The position numbers and the translations under genes are program-made. 64,000 nt of DNA. It comes from Eledone cirrhosa (lineage: Eukaryota). Location: contig OZ024740.1 in the NCBI GenBank assembly GCA_964016885.1, positions 12,276,001 to 12,340,000 on the forward strand, read 5' to 3'. Every line of letters starts with the position of its first letter. Within the stretch, counting starts at the first letter, position 1. The notes under the pieces were generated by a model that saw nothing but the letters and a program-made list of their open reading frames with translations, made no database searches and was not told where the DNA came from. Positions 1-13,356 of this stretch are shown in pieces.

Positions 1-3000
1 ACATGGAAGTGTATTACTATAGGGCATAGAAGTGTATTACTATAGGACATAGAACTGTATTACTATAGGACATAGAACTGTATTACTATAGGACATAGAA
101 GTGTATAACTATAGGACATAGAAGTGTATTACTGTAGAACATAGAAGTGTATCACTATAGGACATAGACGTGTATTACTATAGGACATAGAACTGTGTTA
201 CTATAGGACATAGAAGTGTATTACTATAGGACATAGAAGTGTATTACTATAGGACATAGAAGTGTATTACTACAGGACATAGAAGTGTATTACTATAGGA
301 CATAGAAGTGTATTACTGTAGGACATAGAAGTGTATTACTATAGGACATAGACGTGTATTACTATAGGACATAGAACTGTGTTACTATAGGACATAGAAG
401 TGTATTACTATAGGACATAGAAGTGTATTACTATAGGACATAGAAGTGTATTACTACAGGACATAGAAGTGTATTACTGTAGGGCATAGAAGTGTATTAC
501 TATAGGACATGGAAGTGTATTACTATAGGACATAGAAGTGTATTACTATAGGATATAGAAGTGTATTACTATAGGGCATAGAACTTATTACTATAGGACA
601 TAGGAGTGTATTACTATAGGACATATAAGTGTATTACTATAGGATATAGAAGTGTATTACTGTAGGGCATAGAAGTGCATTACTGTAGGACATAGAAGTG
701 TATTACTATAGGACATAGAAGTGTATTACTATAGGACATAGAAGTGTATTACTATAGGACATAGGAGTGTATTACTATAAGACAAAAGTGTATTACTATA
801 GGACATAGAAGTGTATTACTATAGGACATAGAACTTATTACTATAGGACATAGAAGTGTATTACTATAGGACATAGAAGTGTATTACTATAGGACATGGA
901 AGTGTATTACTATATGACATAGAAGTGTATTACTATAGGACATAGAACTTATTACTATAGGACATAGAAGTGTATTACTGTAGGACATAGAAGTGTATTA
1001 CTATGGGACATAGAAGTGTATTACTATAGGACATAGAAGTGTATTACTACAGGACATAGAACTGTATTACTATAGGATATAGAACTGTATTACTATAGGA
1101 CATAGAAGTGTATTATTGTAGGACATAGAACTGTATTACTATAGGACGTAGAAGTGTATTACTATAGAACATCGAACTGTATTACTATAGGACATAGAAG
1201 TGTATTACTATAGGACATAGAAGTGTATTACTATAGGACATAGAACTGTATTACTATAGGACATAGAAGTGTATTACTATAGGACATAGAACTGTATTAC
1301 TACATGACATAGAAGTTATTACTATAGGATATAGAAGTGTATTACTGTAGGACATAGAAGTGTATTACTATAGGACATAGAAGTGTATTACTACAGGACA
1401 TAGAAGTGTATTACTATAGGACATAGATGTCTATTACTATAGGAGATAGAACTGTATTACTATAGGACATAGAAGTGTATTACTATAGGACATAGAAGTG
1501 CATTACTATAGGACATAGAACTTATTACTATAGGACATAGAAGTGTATTACTATAGGACATAGAAGTGTATTACTATAGGATATAGAAGTGTATTACTGT
1601 AGGGCATAGAAGTGCATTACTGTAGGACATAGAAGTGTATTACTATAGGACATAGAAGTGTATTACTATAGGACATAGAAGTGTATTACTATAGGACATA
1701 GGAGTGTATTACTATAAGACATAAGTGTATTACTATAGGACATAGAAGTGTATTACTATAGGACATAGAACTTAGTACTATAGGACATAGAAGTGTATTA
1801 CTATAGGACATAGAAGTGTATTACTATAGGACATAGAAGTGTATTACTATATGACATAGAAGTGTATTACTATAGGACATAGAACTTATTACTATAGGAC
1901 ATAGAAGTGTATTACTGTAGGACATAGAAGTGTATTACTATGGGACATAGAAGTGTATTACTATAGGACATAGAAGTGTATTACTACAGGACATAGAACT
2001 GTATTACTATAGGAGATAGAAGTGTATTACTATAGGACATAGAAGTGTATTACTATAGAACATCTAACTGTATTACTATAGGACATAGAAGTGTATTACT
2101 ACAGGACATAGAAGTGTATTACTATAAGACATAGAAGTGTATTACTATAGGACATAGAAGTGTATTACTATAGGACATAGAAGTGTATTACTATAGGACA
2201 TAGAACTGTATTACTATAGGACATAGAACTGTATTACTATAGGACATAGAAGTGTATTACTATAAAACATAGAACTGTATTACTATAGGACATAGAAGTG
2301 TATTACTATAGGACATAGAACTGTATTACTATAGGACATAGAAGTGTATTACTACAGGACATAGAAGTGTATTACTATAGGACATAGAACTGTATTACTA
2401 TAGGACATAGAAGTGTATTACTATAGGACATAGAAGTGTATTACTATAGGACATAGAATTTATTACAGTAGGACATAGATGTGTATTACTGTAGGACATA
2501 GAAGTGTATTACTATAGGACATAGAAGTGTATTACTATAGGACATAGAACTGTATTACTATAGGACATAGAAGTGTATTACTGTAGGACATAGAAGTGTA
2601 TTACTATAGGACATAGAACTTATTACTATAGGACATAGAAGTGTATTACTATATGACATAGAAGTGTATTACTATAGGACATAGAACTGTAGTACTATAG
2701 GACATAGAAGTGTATTACTATAAGACATAGAAGTGTATTACTACAGAACATATAAGTGTATTACTGTAGGGCATAGAAGTGTATTACTGTAGGACATAGA
2801 AGTGTAATACTATAGGACATAGAAGTGTATTACTATAGGACAAAGAATTGTATTACTATAGGACATTGAAAGGTATTACTACATGACATAGAACTGTATT
2901 ACTATAGGACATAGAAGTGTATTACTGTAGGACATAGAAGTGTATTACTATAGGACATAGAAGTGTATTGCTATAGGACATAGAACTGTATTACTATAGG

Positions 3001-6000
3001 ACATAGAAGTGTATTACTATAGGACATAGAAGTGTATTACTATAGGAGATAGAAGTGTATTACTACAGGACATAGATGTGTATTATTGTAGGACATAGAA
3101 GTGTATTACTATAGGACATAGAAGTGTATTCCTACAGGACATAAAAGTGTATTGCTATAGGACATAGAAGTGTATTACTATAGGACATAGAAGTCTATTA
3201 TTGTAGGACATAGAACTGTATTGCTATAGGACATAGAAGTGTATTACTATAGGACATAGAAGTGTATTACTATAGGACAGAGAAGTGTATTACTATAGGA
3301 CATAGAAGTGTATTACTGTAGGACATAGAAGTGTATTACTATAGGACATAGAAGTGTATTACTATATGACGTAGAAGTGTATTACTACAGGACATAGAAC
3401 TGTATTACTATAGGACATAGAAGTGTATTACTACAGGACATAGAAGTGTATTACTATAGGACATAGAACTGTATTACTATAGGACATAGAACTGTATTAC
3501 TATAGGACATAGAACTGTATTACTATAGGACATAGAAGTGTATTACTATAGGACATAGAAGTGTATTACTATAGGACATATAAGTGTATTGCTATAGGAC
3601 ATAGAACTGTATTACTATAGGCCATAGAAGTGTATTACTATAGGACATAGAAGTGTATTACTGTAGGACATAGAAGTGTATTACTATAGGACAGAAGTGT
3701 ATTACTATAGAACATAGAACTGTATTACTATAGGACATAGAAGTGTATTACTATAGGAGATAGAAGTGTATTACTATAGGACATAGAAGTGTATTATTGT
3801 AGGACATAGAATTGTATTACTATAGGACATAGAAGTGTATTACTATAGGACATAGAAGTGTATTCCTACAGGACATAAAACTGTATTGCTATAGGACATA
3901 GAAGTGTATTACTATAGGACATAGAAGTGTATTACTATAGGACAGAGAAGTGTATTACTGTAGTACATAGAAGTGTATTACTGTAGGACATAGAAGTGTA
4001 ATACTATAGGACATGGAAGTGTATTACTGTTGGACATGGAAGTGTATTACTATAGGGCATAGAAGTGTATTACTATAGGACATAGAACTGTATTACTATA
4101 GGACATAGAACTGTATTACTATAGGACATAGAAGTGTATTGCTATAGGACATAGCAGTGTATTGCTATAGGACATAGAAGTGTATTACTGTAGGACATAG
4201 AAGTGTATTACTATAGGACATAGAAGTGTATTACTATAGGACATAGTAGTGTATTACTGTAGGACATAGATTTGTATTACTATAGGAGCTAGAACTGTAT
4301 TACTACTGGACATAGAACTGTATTACTGTAGGACATAGAATTGTATTACTATAGGATATAGACGTGTATTACTATAGGACATAGAAGTGTATTACTATAG
4401 GACATAGAAGTGTATTACTATATGACATAGAAGTGTAGTACTATAGGACATAGAAGTGTATTACTGTAGGACATAGAAGTGTATTACTATAGGACATAAA
4501 AGTGTATTACTATAGGACATAGAAGTGTATTACTGTAGGACATAGAAGTGTATTACTATAGGACATAGAAGTGTATTACTATAGGACATAGAACTGTATT
4601 ACTATAGGACATAGAAGTGTATTACTATAGGACATAGAAGTGTATTACTATAGGACATAGAAGTGTATTACTACAGGACATAGAAGTGTATTACTATAGG
4701 ACATAGAAATGTATTACTGTAGGGCATAGAAGTGTATTACTATAGGACATAGATGTGTATTACTATAGGACATAGAAGTGTATTACTATAGGACAGGAGT
4801 GTATTACTATAGGACATAGAAGTGTATTACTATAGCACATAGAAGTGTATTACTATAGGACATAGAAGTGTATTACTATAGGACATAGAAGTGTATTACT
4901 ACAGGACATAGAAATGTATTACTATAGGACATAGAAGTGTATTACTATAGGACATAGAAGTGTATTACTATAAAACATAGAAGTGTATTACTATAGGACA
5001 TAGAAGTGTATTACTATATGACATAGAAGTGTATTACTGTAGGACATAGAAGTGTAAGTGTATTACTATAGGACATAGAAGTGTATTACTATAGGACATA
5101 GAAGTGTATTACTATAGGACATAGAAGTGTATTACTACAGGACATAGAAATGTATTACTATAGGACATAGAAGTGTATTACTATAGGACATAGAAGTGTA
5201 TTACTATAAAACATAGAAGTGTATTACTATAGGACATATAAGTGTATTACTATATGACATAGAAGTGTATTACTGTAGGACATAGAAGTGTAAGTGTATT
5301 ACTATAGGACATAGAAGTGTATTACTATAGGACATAGAAGTGTATTACTGTAGGACATAGAAGTGTATTACTATAGCACATAGAAGTGTATTACTATAGG
5401 ACATAGAAGTGTATTACTATAGGACATAGAAGTGTATTACTACAGGACATAGAAATGTATTACTATAGGACATAGAAGTGTATTACTATAGGACATAGAA
5501 GTGTATTACTATAAAACATAGAAGTGTATTATTGTAGGACATAGAAGTGTATTACTATAGGACAGAAGTGTATTACTATAGGACATAGAAGTGTATTACT
5601 GCAGGACATAGAAGTGTATTACTATAGGACATAGAAGTGTATTACTACAGGACATAGAAGTGTATTACTATAGGTCATAGAAGTGTATTACTAAAGGACA
5701 TAGAACTGTATTACTATAGGACATAGAAGTGTATTATTGTAGGACATAGAAGTGTATTACTATAGGACATATAAGTGTATTACTAGAGAACATCGAACTG
5801 TATTACTATAGGACATAGAAGTGTATTACTGTATGGTATAGAAGTGTATTACTATAGGACATAGAAGTGTATTACTGTAGGACATAGAAGTGTATTACTA
5901 TATGACATAGAAGTGTATTACTATAGGACATAGAAGTGTATTACTATAGGACATAGAAGTGTATTACTATATGACATAGAAGTGTATTACTATAGGACAT

Positions 6001-8690
6001 AGAAGTGTATTACTACAGGACATAGAAGTGTATTACTATATGTCATAGAAGTGTATTACTAAAGGACATAGAACTGTATTACTATAGGACATAGAAGTGT
6101 ATTATTGTAGGACATAGAAGTGTATTACTATAAGACATATAAGTGTATTACTAGAGAACATCGAACTGTATTACTATAGGACATAGAAGTGTATTACTGT
6201 AGGGCATAGAAGTGTATTACCTTAGAACATAGAAGTGTATTACTGTACGACATAGAAGTGTATTACTGTAGGACCTCGAAGTGTATTACTATTGGACATA
6301 GAAGTGTATTACTATAGGACATAACATTTATTACTATAGGACATAGAAGTGTATTGCTATAGGACATAGAAATGTATTACTATAGGACATAGAAGTGTAT
6401 TACTATAGGGCATAGAACTGTATTACTATAGGACATAGAAGTGTATTACTATAGAACATAGAAGTGTATTACTATAGGACATATAACTGTTATTACTATA
6501 GGACATAGAAGTGTATTACTATAGGATATAGAAGTGTATTACTATAGGAATAGAAGTGTATTACTACAGGACATAGAAGTGTATTACTGTAGGACATAGA
6601 ACTTATTACTATAGGACATAGAAGTGTATTACTATAGGACATAGAACTGTATTACCATAGGACATATAAGTGTATTACTGTAGGACATACAAGTGTATTA
6701 CTATAGAACATAGAAGTGTATTACTGTAGGACATATAAGTGTATTACTGTAGGACATATAAGTGTATTACTGTAGGACATAGAAGTGTATTACTGTAGGA
6801 CATAGAAGTGTATTACTATAGGACATAGAAGTTATTACTGTAGGACATAGAAGTGTATTACTATAGGATATAGAAGTGTATTACTCTAGGACATAGAAGT
6901 GTATTAGTATAGGTCATAGAACTGTATTACTATAGGGCATAGAAGTGTATTACTATAGGACATAGAAATGTATTACTATAGGACATAGAACTGTATTACT
7001 ATAGGACATAGAACTTATTACTATAGGACATAGAAGTGTATTACTATAGGACATAGCAGTGTATTATTATAGGACATAGAAGTGTATTACTATAGGACAT
7101 AGAAGTGTATTACTATAGGACATAGAAATGTATTACTATAGGACAGAAGTGTATTACTATAGGACATAGAAATGTATTACTATAGGACAGAAGTGTATTA
7201 CTATAGGACATAGAAGTGTATTACTATATGACATAGAAGTGTATTACTGTAGGACATAGAAGTGTATTACTATAGGACATAGAACTGTATTACTATATGA
7301 CATAGAAGTGTATTACTATAGGACATAGAAGTGTATTACTATAGGACATAGAAATGTATTACTATAGGACAGAAGTGTATTACTATAGGACATAGAAATG
7401 TATTACTATAGGACAGAAGTGTATTACTATAGGACATAGAAGTGTATTACTATATGACATAGAAGTGTATTACTGTAGGACATAGAAGTGTATTACTATA
7501 GGACATAGAAGTGTATTACTATAGGACATAGAAATGTATTACTATAGGACAGAAGTGTATTACTATAGGACATAGAAATGTATTACTATAGGACAGAAGT
7601 GTATTACTATAGGACATAGAAGTGTATTACTATATGACATAGAAGTGTATTACTGTAGGACATAGAAGTGTATTACTATAGGACATAGAACTGTATTACT
7701 ATATGACATAGAAGTGTATTACTATAGGACATAGAAGTGTATTACTATAGGACATAGAAGTGTATTACTACAGGACATAGAACTGTATTACTATAGGACA
7801 TAGAAGTGTATTACTATAGGACATAGAAATGTATTACTATATGACATAGAAGTGTATTACTATAGGACATAGAAGTGTATTACTATAGGACATAGAAGTG
7901 TATTACTATAGGACATAGAAGTGTATTACTATATGACATAGAAGTGTATTACTATAGGACATAAAAGTGTATTACTATAGGACATAGAAGTGTATTACTA
8001 CAGGACATAGAACTGTATTACTATAAGACACAGAAGTGTATTACTATAGGACATAGAAGTGTATTATTGTAGGACATAGAACTGTATTACTATAGGACAT
8101 AGAACTGTATTACTATAGGACATAGAAGTGTATTACTATAGGACATAGAAGTATATTACTATAGGACATAGAACTGTATTACTATAGGACATAGAAGTGT
8201 ATTATTATAGGACATAGAAGTGTATTGCTATAAGACATAGAAGTGTATTATTATAGGACATAGAAGTTTATTACTATAGGACATAGAAGTGTATTACTAT
8301 AGGACATAGAAGTGTATTACTATAGGACATAGAACTGTATTACTATAGGACATAGAAGTGTATTACTATAGGACATAGAACTGTATTACTATAGGACATA
8401 GAAGTGTATTACTATAGGACAGAAGTGTATTACTATAGGACATAGAACTGTATTACTATAGGACATAGAAGTGTATTACTATAGGACATAGAAGTGTATT
8501 ACTACAGGACATAGAAGTGTATTACTATAGGACATAGAAGTGTATTACTATAGGACAGAAGTGTATTACTATAGGACATAGAACTGTATTACTATAGGAC
8601 ATAGAAGTGTATTACTATAGGACATAGAACTGTATTACTATAGGACATAGAAGTGTATTACTATAGGATCTAGAACTGTTTTGCTACAGG
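1..8690. repeat. 23-bp tandem satellite, consensus GGACATAGAAGTGTATTACTATA (~375 units, open at window start)
   Basis: Directly visible 23-nt periodicity with point variants and occasional 2-nt deletions; ends abruptly near 8690. Confidence 0.98.
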
Positions 8691-8724
8691 ATGCGTTCAT
8701 GGGTGGCGGACAGTGTAACGGTCT

Positions 8725-8923
8725 CTATCCCTTTAGTATTTACATTACTCTATATTTACTATTATATTTTCCCGGTAAAGGCTTGACCTCACATAATATC
8801 GAATCTGAGATTTTGAGAACAACACCTTAACATAAGTATGAGTGGCCGGTTACAACCGGTTTGAACAGTATGAGGTGAGAGAATTCTGGCCGTTTACGGA
8901 CGGTTTAAATGCTAAAGGATAAA
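8725..8923. mobile_element. piggyBac-like MITE, copy 1
   Basis: Ends CCCTTTAGTATTT...AAATGCTAAAGGA are inverted repeats with degenerate TTAA-like flanks; homologous along its length to 10190-10415. Confidence 0.7.
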
Positions 8924-9017
8924 TCATAGAGGTTAGCTGTGAATAAACCAGCTTGGCTTATAAACAGTCGCGAAACAATAGCGGATACAGACAGACAGAC
9001 ATATATAGATAGAATAG

Positions 9018-9125
9018 ATTTCTAACAGTGCTACAAAGGAGGAGGGTTGGTTAGTGGATTATATTGACTTCAATACTTTATATTTTATCAAACAAGACAG
9101 TAGACCTCGGCAAGATTTGAACTTA
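9018..9125 (-). mobile_element. Degenerate tRNA-derived SINE fragment
   Basis: TACTTTATATTTTATC...GACCTCGGCAAGATTTGAACT matches the minus-strand SINE copies at 13.0-13.4 kb. Confidence 0.55.
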
Positions 9126-9544
9126 AGTAAATAATAAAAAGCTTGAGATGTTATTAAAGGGAAATAACTCTCTAAAAATACACAACTCGTTCATTGCTGA
9201 CACTCTTTTCCGACTGTTTACACTCTAAAAATAATCTAACTCAACCATTTGACAAATAGAAATCGATAAATGACTACTAGGAGGCCGATAAAGCAATTGA
9301 TTAAAAATAGAGAACGGTTGTTCTGGAATGTCCACATTAAAATAAAACAAAGTTTAATCCCAAACTGACATTCTTGACCTTAATCATAACCAACTCTAAC
9401 CTTAATGTGTAGATACGGAATGAATTCTGAAAATCAGACGAGCTTTTGGTTTTTCATTATCTTCAAACGAGATCTTTTATTTGGGAAAAAAAAAAAAAAA
9501 TGGTTACAATTCATTTCGAGATGTCCTCACTCTAAAAAAAAAAG

Positions 9545-9750
9545 TTTAGCCCGTGATGTTTCTGTCATAATTTGTGACTCGTCTTATCGAAGTATCAAAT
9601 GATACTCGTGAGTTTGCTTAGCTTTTCCAGTGTCTCAGCCTCGCTATCACACGTTATGACTGTTTAGGGTCGCCTTCATAAATATACACAACGAAACACT
9701 AGCATTTTTGTTGTGTGTAATTGAGGGAGTGTCTGTGTCTTCTTTTTTCT
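9545..9750 (+). repeat. Arm 1 of a diverged ~200-bp inverted repeat pair (partner 12720-12962)
   Basis: Blocks TTTAGCCCGTGA, TTTCTGTCAT, TGATACTCG, CTCGCTATCA and GTGTGTAATT.AGGGAGTGT recur in the same order on the reverse complement of 12720-12962. Confidence 0.75.
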
Positions 9751-9971
9751 TTCTGTCTGACTCATTTTATTCATTTGTTTAGAATAAATTATTTTGCGAC
9801 ATTAAGATAAAAAAAAGATAAGACAATGAGAGATCATACAAAGCTAGTGTGAGACTTACAGTGGTATATTATACTCTCACGTATAAGATCTGTTCTAAAC
9901 GTTAACATATAACAAATATATAAGATTAAATAGAAATGCATATAATAATTATTGCTAGGAACCTTATAAAT

Positions 9972-10125
9972 ATGATGTGCGGCCAATTGTCGCACTTGGT
10001 GAATTGATGTAATGGTCGTTTTGTTTAATTTTATATATTTGTTAAGTATTGTATATAGTTGTGTCTATTTTCATTCTGTAAGAATTATAAAGAATTTGTA
10101 ATGTTATTTATACAATTGTGAATAG
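9972..10125 (+). mobile_element. 3' UTR remnant of CRE-like non-LTR element
   Basis: GATGTGCGGCC..TTGTCGCACTTGGTG and TGTTATTTATACAA..GTGAATA are shared with the 3' end of the fragment at 13785-14116. Confidence 0.6.
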
Positions 10126-10189
10126 AGTTAGTATAATATACAAACATATATATAATAAAAACTAAAAAACAACAGCATCAATTCACCAC

Positions 10190-10415
10190 TTAACCATTTA
10201 GCATTTACATTACTCTTTATATACTATTGTATTTTCGTAGTAAAGGATTTATCTCTTAACTATCCCACATAATATCAAATCTATTAGATTTTGATATTAT
10301 CTATTTTGAGAACGATACCATAAAATCAGTTTGAGTGACTAGTTACGGCCAGTTTGAACAGAAAGAATGAGAGAATTCTGGCCGGATACAGCCGGTTTAA
10401 ATGCAAAAGGGTAAA
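10190..10415. mobile_element. piggyBac-like MITE, copy 2
   Basis: TTAA-CCATTTAGCATTT ... AAATGCAAAAGGG-TAAA; TTAA-type target and CCC/GGG-type termini; homologous to 8725-8923. Confidence 0.7.
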
Positions 10416-10623
10416 GTGCATCAATCGGTCACACGTCATAAGTGTCATTGGAAATTTGTGAAGAATCATAGAGATCTTAGATCACATCGCCCACCATAAA
10501 AAAGATGATTATGTTCTATTTGTGTGTATAAATAAAATTAAAATAAACTTAAAGACAAAAATCAAAAACCGAAACATAAATTACTAAATGAACTTTTTTT
10601 GTTTTGTTTTTTGACTGCAGATT

Positions 10624-10700
10624 TGTCATTTTATTGACACACAATAGGACACAACCAATGTAGTGTCATTTTATTGACACACACAATAGGACACAACCAA
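10624..10700. repeat. ~40-bp direct tandem duplication (TGTCATTTTATTGACACACAATAGGACACAACCAA x2)
   Basis: Seen directly; the second copy has one extra AC. Confidence 0.9.
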
Positions 10701-11193
10701 CTCAGGCCACCTTTCTCCGATTGGCAAGAAATCTTAGCCGGCCAGCCAGCAAAATAAACATTTTGTCCTACAAGATTTGTGGTACACCTCCTTTATGTAC
10801 TGCAACACAGTAGTTTCTGTTAACCTGAGCTAACTGCTCTCTCCACTCAGGCATGACATCCACATTTTATGCCCCAATTCTTTCTTCCAGGCTATATCCA
10901 CTTACAATATTTTCCAGTCCTTTCCAACGTCATCTCCGCTGTCTATGTTCCCCACGCCAGCGAATGTAAACTTGAAGTACATTAACTACACTACACCGAT
11001 CTCTTCGATTTCAGAACACCTACCATGTCCATGAGTACAGTCTTCCCCCCATCAACGGGAGACTTATATCATAAAATAAAAGTTATCCTCAACATCAGCT
11101 TTTCTCGACCTTTTTACCGCTGAGGAACCCTTGAAATCATTTTCGTGTCTCAGGGAATCCCTGCATAAAAATTATTATATATCATTATTAATT

Positions 11194-11380
11194 GGATTGG
11201 CAGTATCGGTAGAGGGTCGGACGCCATGATTTGACGCATAGAGTTACGCCCCTTGCCATTCTGAGTTCAAATCCCGCCGAGGTTAACTTTGCCTTTCATC
11301 CTTACGGGGTCGATAAAATAAAGTACCAGTAATACACTGGAATAATTACTGGCCTTGTGCCAAAAGTAGAAACAATTATT
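11194..11380 (+). mobile_element. tRNA-derived SINE, near full length
   Basis: A-box-like TGGCAGTATCGG, B-box GAGTTCAAATCC, central GCCTTTCATCCTTACGGGGTCGATAAA...GTACCAG core (Meta/MESC-like from memory), ATT-type tail; four more copies in the window. Confidence 0.85.
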
Positions 11381-11381
11381 T

Positions 11382-12060
11382 CTGGCTCGGGTTAATATCC
11401 CCACAGTTCTGAAGCCGACTGGTTTATCCAGAAGTGATGGGAAGAGACCAGACGGTCTTACCCTTTGTCCCTGGGTGAGAGGTAGTTGTCTCATCTGGGA
11501 CGTCATAGTCAGAGACTCGTTTGTCCCCTCCTACATCATGGAGGTCGCGGTGGATGTGGGGCTCAATGCTACCGAACGGAATAAAATTCAGAAATACCAG
11601 GACTTATCAAACAATTATTTTTTCCAGCCTGTGGCGTTCGAGACGTTCGGTGGAATTGGGCAGCTGACAGCGAAGTTCTTGTCTTCACCTCAGTAAGGCT
11701 CGCCTTACTGAGGTGTCAGATGATGCCCGTGCGGATGCCCGGTTATTTCAGTGTCTTAGCCTCGCCATCAACCATGGTAATACTGCAAGCGTGTTGGCTT
11801 GCCTGAAACTGTGCAGTTAACCCCCAAGGTGTGAGGTGTTGCAAATTGTCACACTTGGTGGTACCCCCCCCCCCCCCCTTCTTTCCTTTATAATCTTTGT
11901 TCATGAATTTATATCATTGTGTTATTATACGTGGTTTAGACATTTGTCTTTCTGAACGAATTGCGAGCAATTTTTAGTGTTATTTATGCATTTGTTATGT
12001 TATTTATGTATATATTTAAAACAGCGTTATTCTAATGTAAATTTATACAACTGTAATAAC
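11382..12060 (+). mobile_element. 5'-truncated CRE-clade non-LTR retrotransposon (RLE endonuclease domain + 3' UTR), inactive
   Basis: Frame from 11391 reads PTGLSRSDGKRPDGLTLCPWVRGSCLIWDV...ERNKIQKYQDL...FQPVAFETFGGIG, the PD-(D/E)xK restriction-like endonuclease pattern of CRE elements; then LFQCLSLAINHGN after a frameshift. Confidence 0.8.
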
Positions 12061-12719
12061 ATTTTTCCATATACACAATGCAATTAGATTATTTATCGCT
12101 ATTTCTCGCGAAACCCTTAGCGAACTCTTACGGAACTCTAGGGTTTGGGGTTACATCGGTTGAGAAAGGCTGCTCTACAATGTCGTTGGAGTTGCTAGAA
12201 ACAACAGCTAAATCTCTTTCAAACAACACCTCATCGTCATAAAAATGGTTACAACATACTAAATAGCAGTTCAAATACTTCTTTCTATAGTTGAATACGA
12301 TTTGAGGGAGATTTGGCTGCTATTTATAGCAGGTTAAGCGACGACATAGAGGTTCCTTCGTTGGCTTTTAGGATTGTGTGTCTATAATTTTCTCAATGTC
12401 AAGAATAGATGGACACACCTGACGATCACAGGTCCCATCGATTGAACCGAGAGGAACCGAAAATGTAAACTACTTTTATTAGAGAATACTTTTGTTTAAT
12501 TCAATATATTTTCATTATCGAATATTTTCGTTCTTTGATGGGGATAAATATCTTTGAAATAATACGACATGCAACTTAATCGATGCACATATTCTCCAAA
12601 GCAATATCGTTTTTTTCTCGCCAGCGTCTTGAATTGTATACATATTTTTTTAAAAATCAGCGCTTTATTTCAAATAATCTAACATACATAAACATCAATC
12701 AACGAAGCAACTAACAACA

Positions 12720-12962
12720 AAAAAGGAGTCAGAAACACTCCCTTAATTACACACTACAACAGGAAATGCTGGCGTTTTCTCGCTAGAAACTGTTAAGAGT
12801 AACCCTAGACCCGGCTGATAGCGAGTCTGGCGTGCTGGAACAGCCAAGCACGTTCGCGAGTATCACTTCATATTTCACTTAATATGAGTCACCAACAATG
12901 ACAGAAAACTTCGTTGATTGCGGCCCAGCTCCTCAAATGTCTTGGATGTCACGGGCTAAAAA
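12720..12962 (-). repeat. Arm 2 of diverged inverted repeat pair (partner 9545-9750)
   Basis: Reverse complement aligns to 9545-9750 with one ~40-bp indel. Confidence 0.75.
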
Positions 12963-13036
12963 TGTAATTCACTGACAAATTTGATTTTTTTATATTTTAT
13001 TCAGTTCGTTGGTCATTCATGTGACGTCCGAGATAA

Positions 13037-13223
13037 AATAATAATTGTTTCTACTTTTGGCACAAGGCCAGCAATTTTTCATTACATTACTGGTACTTTA
13101 TTATATCGACCCCGTAAGGATGAAAGGCAAAGTTAACCTCGACGGGATTTGAACTCAGATCGTAAAGGGACGTAACTCTTTGCGTCAAAGCATGGCGTCC
13201 GACCCTCTACTGATACTGCCAAT
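13037..13223 (-). mobile_element. tRNA-derived SINE
   Basis: Reverse complement of the 11194-11380 SINE including A/B boxes and ATT tail. Confidence 0.85.
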
Positions 13224-13356
13224 ATAATAATTGTTTCTTCTTTTGGCACAAGGCCAGCAATTACCCAGTGCCTTACTGGTACTTTATTTTATCGACCCCG
13301 TAAGGATGAAAGGCAAAGTTAACCTCGGCGGGATATGAACTCAGAATAGCAAGGGC
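13224..13356 (-). mobile_element. tRNA-derived SINE, tandem copy, 5' end cut by CR1-like fragment
   Basis: Same family; homology stops after TCAGAATAGCAAGGGC. Confidence 0.85.

Larger units (their letters stand above)
11096..12172. mobile_element. hAT-type MITE carrying nested SINE and CRE insertions
   Basis: 15-bp TIRs CAGCTTTTCTCGACC / GGTTGAGAAAGGCTG; 8-bp flanks CTCAACAT and CTCTACAA (6/8 identical) fit a hAT TSD; subterminal GGAACCC-like motifs. Confidence 0.75.

Noticed and set aside
1-8690. Possible CRISPR array
   Set aside because: Contiguous monomers with no unique spacers, no cas genes, eukaryotic context.
10590-10700. Strong 3' splice-site-like tract (T-rich...CTGCAG at 10620) as a host exon start
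   Set aside because: All three downstream frames stop within ~45 nt; no supporting exon, although a non-coding exon cannot be excluded.
10860-10980. VISAVYVP motif reminiscent of a LINE APE endonuclease
   Set aside because: Single short motif with no other recognisable EN motifs.
11194-11280. tRNA gene
   Set aside because: A/B boxes are present but there is no cloverleaf, and the sequence continues into a multi-copy SINE body.
12408-12468. CTGACGA...CGAAA hammerhead-like boxes
   Set aside because: Stems I-III cannot be formed adjacent to the core.
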